A stretch of 42,629 nt of DNA from the NCBI GenBank assembly GCA_041694835.1, contig JBGFRZ010000016.1, positions 1 through 42,629 of the forward strand. Direction: 5' to 3'. Numbering within the stretch: the first letter of the stretch is position 1; each line of letters starts with the position of its first letter. This DNA is from Ignavibacteria bacterium. Lineage in GTDB: Bacteria; Elusimicrobiota; Endomicrobiia; PHAN01. The notes beneath the pieces are model-generated. The model had not been told where the DNA came from, ran no database searches, and saw only the letters and a program-made list of their open reading frames with translations. Shown one piece after another: positions 26,702 through 34,355 of the stretch. A program made the position numbers and the translations under genes.

Positions 26702-28136
26702 TCAATACGTCTCTTATCGACATCCTAACGGAATCTACGATTTTTCTAATTTCTGTTTTATTTATTGAAAGAGGCGGTAATATGACAATGACATTTCCGA
26801 GGGGTCTCAAGATTACTCCATATTTTCTCGCACTGTAACATATTCTTATTGCAATTTTTTCTTTTGCATCAAACATCTCTTTCGTTTTTTTATCCTTAAC
26901 TATCTCAATTCCAACCATCAGACCAATCTGTCTTATATCTCCGACATAAGGATTGTCCTTCAACGATTCAAGTTTCGATGACAAAACTTTAATTTTGTTT
27001 TTGATTTTTTGAATTACATTATTTTTCTTAAAAAGTTTTAGATTGGCGAGAGCAGCGGCGCATGATAGGGGATTTGCGGTATATGTATGACCGTGAAAGA
27101 ATGTCTTGAATTCTTCATATCTTCCAAGAAATGCTTGATAGATTCTTTCGCCAGTAAGTGTTGATGCGAGCGGCAGATATCCTCCAGTTATACCTTTTGC
27201 AAGGCATAAAAAATCCGGCTTGATGTTTTCGAATTCGCACGCAATCATTCTGCCAGTATGACCAAATCCCGTAGCGACTTCGTCAGCAATTAGCAGAACC
27301 CCATATTTTTTGCACAGAGACGCAAACTCAGTCAAATATCCATGAGGCATTACAATCATTCCAGATGCTGCTTGAACCATCGGCTCGACAATCGCCGCTG
27401 CAATTTCATTGTTGTGTTTGGATAAAATATTTTTAACCGCTTCTATACACTGGCCCGAACATCCCATGGCACGGCAATGTTTTCTAAACTTTACATCCCG
27501 CATTTTCAACCTCTGACCCCTGACCTTTGACCTCTGCTTTTTATCGCATCTATAACAATAAGGCGAAGGCGCAAAGTAGCAGCCGAAAAGAAGTGGCCTG
27601 AATTTTTCATGGAACAACTCCATGCCTCCCACCGAAACAGAGCCTATTGTATCGCCGTGATATGCGTTCTTTATCGATAGAAATTTATTTTTTCGACCTT
27701 CGCAGCCCGACACACTGCCGCCATCTTTTTGTTTCCAATACTGATAAGCCATTTTCAGAGCTATCTCGATTGCCGTCGAGCCGTTATCGGAGTAAAACAC
27801 TCTTGAAAGATTCTTTGGAACAATTTTTACAAGCCTTTCAGCAAGCTCTATCGCTGGAATATGGGTGAGTCCGAGAAAAGTTGTATGGGCGATCTTTCTC
27901 ATCTGGGCGTTTATCTCTTTATCAATTATCTTGTTTCTGTGACCATGGACATTTACCCAGAGCGAAGATACGCCGTCTATGTATTTTTTGCCGTAAATGT
28001 CATTAAGATATACTCCGGAGCCGCTTTCAACAATCAAAAGCTCTTCTTTCTGCCAGTCTGCCATCTGTGTAAAAGGATGCCAGATGTGTTTTTTTTCAAC
28101 TTTAATAAATTTTCTTATCTTTTTTTTAGAATACAT
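26640..28136 (-). CDS. bioA: 7,8-diaminopelargonic acid aminotransferase (BioA/BioK type)
   Basis: Motifs WHPFTQM, SS.W.N.HGH, SDNGS.A.E.ALK, YHGDT.G, DEVATGFG.TG, AKG.TGGY.P, HGHTY..NPL and LRPLGN. Confidence 0.96.
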   Translation of the reverse strand: MYSKKKIRKFIKVEKKHIWHPFTQMADWQKEELLIVESGSGVYLNDIYGKKYIDGVSSLWVNVHGHRNKIIDKEINAQMRKIAHTTFLGLTHIPAIELAERLVKIVPKNLSRVFYSDNGSTAIEIALKMAYQYWKQKDGGSVSGCEGRKNKFLSIKNAYHGDTIGSVSVGGMELFHEKFRPLLFGCYFAPSPYCYRCDKKQRSKVRGQRLKMRDVKFRKHCRAMGCSGQCIEAVKNILSKHNNEIAAAIVEPMVQAASGMIVMPHGYLTEFASLCKKYGVLLIADEVATGFGHTGRMIACEFENIKPDFLCLAKGITGGYLPLASTLTGERIYQAFLGRYEEFKTFFHGHTYTANPLSCAAALANLKLFKKNNVIQKIKNKIKVLSSKLESLKDNPYVGDIRQIGLMVGIEIVKDKKTKEMFDAKEKIAIRICYSARKYGVILRPLGNVIVILPPLSINKTEIRKIVDSVRMSIRDVLNPVRDTFLPPANDSYDKSAS

Positions 28137-28753
28137 CCTATAAACTCTCCCGGCAATTTTTTTGCTCTTTCCTTTACTATAAAAACAGGTGGAGCAATCA
28201 ATTTCCGTATGACATTCGGATTTGTCTTCTGGGCCAAATCTTTCCCCGTATATCTATTCAATAAGACCGCCGCGACTTTAATCCCTTTTTCTTTAAGAGC
28301 TTTAATGCTAAGCAATGTATGATTTATCGTTCCAAGTCCCGGTCTTGACACAAGGACAACCGGCATGCGGAATTTTTCAATCAAATCTATCATAAAAAAA
28401 TTTTTAGTTATCGGAACAAAAAGCCCTCCGGCGCCTTCGATAATCAGAAAATCCGTTCTTTTCTTCATTAACGCGCACTTCCTGTAGACATTTTTTAAAT
28501 CTATTTTTCTTCTTTCCAACATTGAAGACGGATAAGGGGCGAGCGGATATTTCAGAAAAACAGGATTTATCTCTTTTAACGATAAATTTGACCGCGCGGC
28601 ATTTCTTAAATTTTTTGCGTCACCATGATTACCTGTAAGAAATGGTTTAAAAACTCCGACTTTTAATTTTTTACTTAACATCTCTGCGATTAGGCATCCT
28701 ATGTATGTTTTACCAACTCCCGTATCTGTTGCCGTTATGAAAATACCTTTCAT
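28115..28753 (-). CDS. bioD: Dethiobiotin synthase
   Basis: Motifs FIT.TDTGVGKT, EGAGG..VP and LGTINHTLL. Confidence 0.96.
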   Translation of the reverse strand: MKGIFITATDTGVGKTYIGCLIAEMLSKKLKVGVFKPFLTGNHGDAKNLRNAARSNLSLKEINPVFLKYPLAPYPSSMLERRKIDLKNVYRKCALMKKRTDFLIIEGAGGLFVPITKNFFMIDLIEKFRMPVVLVSRPGLGTINHTLLSIKALKEKGIKVAAVLLNRYTGKDLAQKTNPNVIRKLIAPPVFIVKERAKKLPGEFIGCILKKR

Positions 28754-28790
28754 ATTCCATAAACCCCTCTTCTCTTAGAAAGTATATGCA

Positions 28791-29933
28791 TCAAAGCATT
28801 TTAAGCGCCTCACAAAATTTTTCCATATCTTCAAACGCATGTTCAACCGTTAATGATATTCTCAGCCTTGCCATGTTTTTCGGGACGGTCGGATATCTTA
28901 CGGCCGGCGCATAAAATCCTTTTTCAAAAAGCTTTTGGGACAATCTAACGGTTTTCTCGGTGTTTCCTATCAAAACAGGGATTATCTGCGACGCGGAAGA
29001 TAACGTGTCATAGCCGAGCGATTTTAATTTTTCGCGAAACCTGAGCGCATTTGCAATCAACGATTTTCGCGGCTTGTCAGATTCCTTTATTATTTTTATA
29101 GACTCAATCGCGGCTGCCGCCGAAACCGGCGATAAAGCGGTCGTAAAAATAAAACCCCGCGCTTTGTTAATTATGTAATCCCTAAACTCACCGTCGACAC
29201 AGATAAACCCGCCCTGTGAACCTATAGCTTTTGAGAGTGTGCCCATTTTAATATCTATTTTGTCCTCCAATCCTAAATATTCCCCTATTCCTCCTCCATT
29301 TTTGCCGAAAATACCCGTTGAGTGCGCCTCGTCAACCATCAAGAGCGCGCCATATTTCTCAGCGAGAGTGGTAATCTCGTTAAGCGGAGCGATATCACCC
29401 TCCATCGAAAAAAGAGCATCGGTGATTATCAACCTCCTGGGAAATTTAACGGAAAGTTTGAGCGCCTTTTCCAAATCATTCATATCACGATGTCTGAAGA
29501 CCATTATCTTCGCTCTTGAAAACCTTGCGCCATCAATTATAGACGCATGATTCAATCTGTCGATTATTATGCAGTCGTTTTCGGAAACCAGAGCCGATAT
29601 GACGCTCAAATTCGTCTGATAACCCGACGGAAAAACAAGAGCATGGTCGGACTTTTTAAGCATTGAAAGCTCTTTTTCAAGTTTTTCGTGAACGGCGAAA
29701 GTCCCGGAAAGCAACCTTGAGGAGGCAGAACCCGCGCCGTATTTATCGACGGCTTCTATAACACTCTTTTTCACGCGGATATTTTCGGAAAGACCAAGAT
29801 AGTCGTTTGACGAAAAATTGATATATTCCTTCCCGCCTATAAAAATGTGTTTTCCTGACATGGGCTCCATAACGGTCATTTTTCTCAAAAGATTTTGTTC
29901 TCTCAACTCTTCGAGTTCCTTTTTAAACTCCAC
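28791..29933 (-). CDS. bioF: 8-amino-7-oxononanoate synthase
   Basis: Motifs FSSNDYLGL, SRLLSG, DRLNHAS, FSMEGD, DEAH..G, GTLSKA and PTVP...ARLR. Confidence 0.96.
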   Translation of the reverse strand: MEFKKELEELREQNLLRKMTVMEPMSGKHIFIGGKEYINFSSNDYLGLSENIRVKKSVIEAVDKYGAGSASSRLLSGTFAVHEKLEKELSMLKKSDHALVFPSGYQTNLSVISALVSENDCIIIDRLNHASIIDGARFSRAKIMVFRHRDMNDLEKALKLSVKFPRRLIITDALFSMEGDIAPLNEITTLAEKYGALLMVDEAHSTGIFGKNGGGIGEYLGLEDKIDIKMGTLSKAIGSQGGFICVDGEFRDYIINKARGFIFTTALSPVSAAAAIESIKIIKESDKPRKSLIANALRFREKLKSLGYDTLSSASQIIPVLIGNTEKTVRLSQKLFEKGFYAPAVRYPTVPKNMARLRISLTVEHAFEDMEKFCEALKML

Positions 29934-31020
29934 AAATTATGGCTCCCATCTGCCCGCCGAAGCCGTATGAAAGCGAGAGTGCATTTTTGACTTCTCTTTT
30001 AACAGCGTACTTCGGGGTGAAATTCAATCTATACTCCGGCTCTTCAAGATTAAGTGTCGGTGGAACAACGCCGGACTTTACCGATAACACGCAAAAAATA
30101 AACTCGACGATACCCGACGCGCCCAATAGATGTCCCGTCGCAGGTTTTGTTGCCGAGATGTTTATGTAATCGGCATCTTTCCCAAATGCATCTATTATGG
30201 CCTCCGACTCAACGGCGTCATTTATCCTTGTGGCCGTTCCATGGGCGTTTATGTGGTCAACGGTGTTTACGCCAGATTGTTTTAATGTTCTTCTTATCAA
30301 TTCGGATATATTTTTAACGCTGTCTCCAAAATTTACGGGATGCCCCGCCGTCGCAACATTACAACTCTTTATCAAAGAATGTATTGCAGCCCCGCGACCT
30401 TCGGCGTTAGTTCTTTTTTCTAAAACCACCGCGGCCGCGCCTTCCCCGAGTGCAAAACCGTCTCTTTTTTTGTCAAACGGACGCATAGATTTTTTCGAGA
30501 GAACCCCCATATTCGAAAAAGCTCCGATATAAAGCGGCGTCAATGACGATTCGACAACACCGACAACAGCAAAATCGCACGCTCCGGATTCAATCGCGTT
30601 TATGGCGGAAAAAATTGATTGCACACCCGTTGAACACGCTGCAACTATATTTTTAATCTGGACGCTCTCAAAATCATATTTTTCTGCGATTTTCGACCCC
30701 AGCAACCCCGGGATATTGTCGGCAAAGTCGTTAAATATTTTAACTTCGGGCTTTGATTGAGATATAAAAAAACCAGCGCGTGAGTCTTTTGATAACCCCG
30801 AATCGCTTATCGCTTCATCGACGGCAAATTTCATCATAGAAAAAGATTTATCGTCGGAAAATTCGAACAAATGTTCGAAACAATCTTCGCAGGAGGCTAG
30901 AAGATATCCGTTTTTCTTGACGGCGGTTTCCGCGGATATAAGTCTGTTCCATGTTTCGGAAACATTCCTCCCCAACGGAGTAAACATACCGAGCGACGTA
31001 ACGGCGATGTCTGTTTTCAC
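29923..31020 (-). CDS. fabF: Compact beta-ketoacyl-ACP synthase (FabF/FabB family) within the biotin operon
   Basis: Catalytic AACSTG, NAHGTAT and TGHLLGA; also RPFD..RDGF..GEGA and S.GFGG. GTG start after GGAGGTG. Confidence 0.85.
   Translation of the reverse strand: MKTDIAVTSLGMFTPLGRNVSETWNRLISAETAVKKNGYLLASCEDCFEHLFEFSDDKSFSMMKFAVDEAISDSGLSKDSRAGFFISQSKPEVKIFNDFADNIPGLLGSKIAEKYDFESVQIKNIVAACSTGVQSIFSAINAIESGACDFAVVGVVESSLTPLYIGAFSNMGVLSKKSMRPFDKKRDGFALGEGAAAVVLEKRTNAEGRGAAIHSLIKSCNVATAGHPVNFGDSVKNISELIRRTLKQSGVNTVDHINAHGTATRINDAVESEAIIDAFGKDADYINISATKPATGHLLGASGIVEFIFCVLSVKSGVVPPTLNLEEPEYRLNFTPKYAVKREVKNALSLSYGFGGQMGAIICGV
30863..30878. other. Copy 2 of palindromic site TCGAACAAATGTTCGA (inside fabF)
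   Basis: Exact match; encodes FEHLFE on the minus strand. Confidence 0.85.
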
Positions 31021-31062
31021 ACCACCACCTCCTTGTCTCGATATTCATCGGAACTATTTTTT

Positions 31063-31142
31063 TGTGGGGCGTCCTTTGAACGATACGGGTGTAAGGGGGT
31101 CATCCCACATCCTACCTGTCGGTAAAAAGGCAGGCGATGTGG
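31063..31142. repeat. REP-like hairpins between fabG and fabF
   Basis: TGTGGGGCGTCC...GGGGGTCATCCCACA overlapping CCACATC-CTACCTGTCGGTAAAAAGGCAGGC-GATGTGG. Confidence 0.45.
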
Positions 31143-31871
31143 TTATATAATCCTTGAATCAAAGTTGAAAACCTGCCCGGAAACGCTCTTAAGTTCCGAC
31201 AAAAAAACAATAAATTTTGCAAGCTCATTTATAGAAGTCGTTTTTTTGATGACGCTTTCGTTTAGAACTTTATGATGGTACTCATCGCCTCCTGATTTTC
31301 CCATGTCGGTAAGATGAAAACCCGGCAAAACGCAGTTGACGCAGATGTTAAATCTTCCGAGCTCCGCTGCAACCGTTTTCGTAAGTCCTAAAATCCCGGC
31401 TTTCGCTGCAGAATAATTCGATTCGCCCGAGTTTCCCCTTAAACCCACTATGGAAGAGATATTAATTATGGCGCCGTATTTTTGTTTAATCATATACTTG
31501 GCAGCCTCTCTAATAACATAAAAACCGCCCGATAGATTCGTGGCGATCACTTTTTCCCATTCATCGTCAGACATATTGATAATCGTCCTGTCCGATATAA
31601 CTGCAGCGTTGTTTACTACAACATCGAGCCTGCCATAATTTCCAATAATTTCCGATAATAGTTTCTTAACATCGCCCGTCTTCGAAACATCGGCTTTTAT
31701 CTTCAACGCATTAAATCCGCAACCATTCAGCTCTTTTAGAAAGTCATCGGCGAGATGAGGAGAATTATTATAATTTAAAACGACCGAATAGCCATTTTTT
31801 GCAAACTCGCTAAGAATTTTTTTTCCGATCCCCTTCGATGAACCGGTTACAAGAGCGACTTTATTTTTCAT
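31143..31871 (-). CDS. fabG: 3-oxoacyl-ACP reductase (SDR) within the biotin operon
   Basis: Motifs TGSSKGIG, NNA, ISSIVG..GN.G..NYSAAKAG and PGF..TDM. Confidence 0.88.
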   Translation of the reverse strand: MKNKVALVTGSSKGIGKKILSEFAKNGYSVVLNYNNSPHLADDFLKELNGCGFNALKIKADVSKTGDVKKLLSEIIGNYGRLDVVVNNAAVISDRTIINMSDDEWEKVIATNLSGGFYVIREAAKYMIKQKYGAIINISSIVGLRGNSGESNYSAAKAGILGLTKTVAAELGRFNICVNCVLPGFHLTDMGKSGGDEYHHKVLNESVIKKTTSINELAKFIVFLSELKSVSGQVFNFDSRII

Positions 31872-32850
31872 AGTCAATTTTTAAGTCGAGATCTTCGAGC
31901 ATTTTCTTGTCTATGTCAGGATTCCTTCCCGCGGTCGTAAGATAGTCGCCGGTCATCATACCGTTGGCGCCGGCGCAAAAAATCCATGATTGCAAATCCC
32001 TTAAGTTCACTTCCCGACCACCGCAGACACTTATATCTTTTTGAGGCAAAACAAATCTGAACATTGCTATTATTTTTAAAATTTCACGAGAAGAAAGCGG
32101 TTTTGTCTTTTCGAGACGCGTGCCTTTTATGGGATTAAAAAAATTCAACGGGATTGAATCAGGATCTATTTGACCGAGGGTCAAGGCAAACTCAAGACGA
32201 TGATGCCAATCTTCCCCTATACCAAATATCCCACCACAGCACAACTCAATATTAACTTTTTTTACCGCTTTCAGTGTAGCGACTCTATCTGAAAAACTGT
32301 GAGTTGTGCAGACATTTGTAAAAAAACTCTCGGTGGTTTCAAGGTTATGATGATATTTTTTAAGACCGCAATTTTTAAGATATAATAACTGTTTTTCCGA
32401 GAGTTCTCCGAGCGAAGCACTGATAGTCGGATGGAATGACGGATGTCGCTCTCTGATTTTTGAAATCGTTTCACCAAGCAGTTTTATTTCTTCATCTCTC
32501 AGTGCTCTGCCGGAAGTGACTATGCCAAAACACCGCGATCTACTTTTGGCCGCCTTTTCATATGCATCTTCCACCTCGTTGAAGCCAACAAGAGGGTAAA
32601 TATTAGTTTCCGCTTTATTATGGGAACTCTGGGCGCAGAAGCCGCAGTCCTCGGGACACATCCCGGATTTTGCATTGATAATCGAGCAGAGTTTGACCTT
32701 GTTACCTTTGAAGTGTTTTCTTATTTTATTTGACCAATAAAGTAAATCGTCAAAATTTTCGTCCTCAGATAAAAATATATACTCGCACTCCTCTTGTTTC
32801 AAATCCTCACAATTTAAAACCTTTTCTGCAATTTTCTCTAATTCAGTCAT
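31861..32850 (-). CDS. bioB: Biotin synthase
   Basis: Motifs NAKSG.CPEDC.FCAQS, YHHNLET, C.GGI.G.GE, SIP.N and GGRE. Start reassigned to ATG 32850. Confidence 0.97.
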   Translation of the reverse strand: MTELEKIAEKVLNCEDLKQEECEYIFLSEDENFDDLLYWSNKIRKHFKGNKVKLCSIINAKSGMCPEDCGFCAQSSHNKAETNIYPLVGFNEVEDAYEKAAKSRSRCFGIVTSGRALRDEEIKLLGETISKIRERHPSFHPTISASLGELSEKQLLYLKNCGLKKYHHNLETTESFFTNVCTTHSFSDRVATLKAVKKVNIELCCGGIFGIGEDWHHRLEFALTLGQIDPDSIPLNFFNPIKGTRLEKTKPLSSREILKIIAMFRFVLPQKDISVCGGREVNLRDLQSWIFCAGANGMMTGDYLTTAGRNPDIDKKMLEDLDLKIDYEK

Positions 32851-32857
32851 AGTTGTA

Positions 32858-32886
32858 ATTTTACAATAAACAAAAAAAAATGTCAA
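32858..32886 (-). promoter_or_regulatory. Sigma70 promoter of the bio operon (apparently leaderless)
   Basis: TTGACA-17 bp-TAAAAT, 7 nt before the bioB ATG; no SD. Confidence 0.75.
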
Positions 32887-32911
32887 CCCCACAAAATATA
32901 AGGTTGACATT
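32879..32911. promoter_or_regulatory. BirA-type biotin operator
   Basis: Perfect inverted repeat AATGTCAACC-N13-GGTTGACATT (TGTCAAC-N15-GTTGACA) overlapping the -35 box of bioB. Confidence 0.8.
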
Positions 32912-32926
32912 CGAACAAATGTTCGA
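32911..32926. other. Copy 3 of palindromic site TCGAACAAATGTTCGA (intergenic; fits the Gram-positive LexA box)
   Basis: Exact match; abuts the BirA operator. Confidence 0.85.
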
Positions 32927-32947
32927 TATTCTCAGACGATATTTATT

Positions 32948-33268
32948 CTAATAGGCAAGGTGTGGTTTAATGTGCACTAACTCAACTGCGGCACCCGTCC
33001 CCATTTGCCGGCCGCGCTTTTCTTGTTCCGCTTTCAATCTGTCGAATACTTTTTCGTCAATAGCCCGATTGTCCGCCGTCGTTCTTCTCAACGTTTCAGA
33101 TGTAATCCCATCTGCCGCCCCCACACCGAAGAGCGACTTTCCCTCGCCTCTGAAAGCGCCAGCGCCCTTCATAACCCAGTCCGGTTTCCTTGGCGCGGTA
33201 GCACAGCCGTAAACAAGAACAGAAGCCAACAAAACAATGAACCACTTCAACAATAACTTACCTGACAT
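32948..33268 (-). pseudogene. Lipoprotein (LPP20-like), probably internally deleted
   Basis: Lipobox VYG-C, then P.WV.KG.GAF...GVG.A.G......R..ADNRA, which jumps directly to a C-terminal-like EKVFDRLKAEQEK. Confidence 0.5.
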
Positions 33269-33336
33269 ACACCATACCCCCCTTTTTTGAATTTTTCGTT
33301 CTGTGTCAGAGATATGAAAAACAGTACCTTCCCCGT

Positions 33337-33558
33337 TTAAGCATTAACATCGTAACAGCAGGAAATTGATTTCAACGTCTCCAATCCAGCCAAATAAAGT
33401 GGCAAATAACAGGGCTTCCATTCATACTTGCAATTATAACAACGATACTTCTGTCGTCGGACATTATATGTTTTGTTAAAAGAACATTCAGGACATACTA
33501 CATTGTTTTTCATACCACCATTTTAGCATATTTGGTGGATTAAAATGATACTATACCC
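33337..33558 (-). pseudogene. Truncated IS1595-family-like transposase N-terminus with possible left end
   Basis: 58-aa ORF 33513-33337, MKNNVVCPECSFNKTYNVRRQKYRCYNCKYEWKPCYLPLYL..., a zinc ribbon. Upstream GGGTATAGTATC may be an IS end; no matching right end found. Confidence 0.5.
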
Positions 33559-33601
33559 TTTATAATTTTGATTTTTTTTTCGATTTTTGTAGTATAAAAG
33601 T

Positions 33602-34039
33602 ATGAAAATGAAAAAGATTCTTGTAATACACGGGCCGAATCTGAACCTTCTGGGAAAAAGGGAACCCGGGATTTACGGCCAATTCACCCTGGAAGACATA
33701 AACAGGAAGGTGAAATTAGTCGCCATCAAAAAAGCGATCTCCGCCGACTTCCTGCACTCGAATTCGGAAGGCGAGCTCGTCGATGCGATAGGCAAAGCCT
33801 CGAAGAATTATGTCGGCATCATAATAAATCCCGCCGCATACACCCACACAAGCGTTGCCATACGCGACGCCATATCGGCATCCGGACTTCCCGTCATAGA
33901 AGTGCATCTTTCTAACATCTACAAGCGCGAGGAGTTTAGGCACAAATCCCTTGTTGCCGGAGTTGCCGTAGGTCAGATATCCGGTTTCGGGATAAACAGC
34001 TACATACTCGCCGTTGAAGCGATGTCACTTTTACTGTGA
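33602..34039 (+). CDS. aroQ: Type II 3-dehydroquinate dehydratase
   Basis: Motifs [34 protein letters not shown] and EVHLSN.Y.REEFRH.S. Confidence 0.97.
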   Translation: MKMKKILVIHGPNLNLLGKREPGIYGQFTLEDINRKVKLVAIKKAISADFLHSNSEGELVDAIGKASKNYVGIIINPAAYTHTSVAIRDAISASGLPVIEVHLSNIYKREEFRHKSLVAGVAVGQISGFGINSYILAVEAMSLLL

Positions 34040-34045
34040 GTCCCG

Positions 34046-34323
34046 CTAGTGCTCTGTGCCATAAATAATTGACATTTTGCACAGGCGACTTTGAGGCGAA
34101 ACAAAGAACGAGGAGCGAAGCATACCCTCTGTGGTATGTGAGTGACGAGTGATGAAGTTGTAGCCCAAAAGCGCCGTGCCCTTCGGGGTTCGTCATCTTT
34201 GGGGCATTTCTGCGTCACTCCTCGTTTATGTAGCACTGCGGCTACACCGCACTCGTCGTTCCTTGAACTGCCCTCAAATCTGAAGAACCAAAATACTCAA
34301 CTATTTATGGCACAGAGCACTAT
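34046..34323. mobile_element. MITE family C, copy 2 (278 bp, different TIR, inverted relative to copy 1)
   Basis: Inverted ends TAGTGCTCTGTGCCATAAATA(A/G)TTGA. Core CGAGGAGCGAAGCATACCCTCTG(T/C)GGTATG is 29/30 identical to the reverse complement of 20475-20504. Confidence 0.88.
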
Positions 34324-34355
34324 AGATACACCTTTACAGCATTAAAAGTAAAGTT

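Noticed and set aside
31021-31142. Hidden acyl carrier protein gene between fabG and fabF
   Set aside because: The gap is only about 120 bp, has no DSL motif and is occupied by hairpins.
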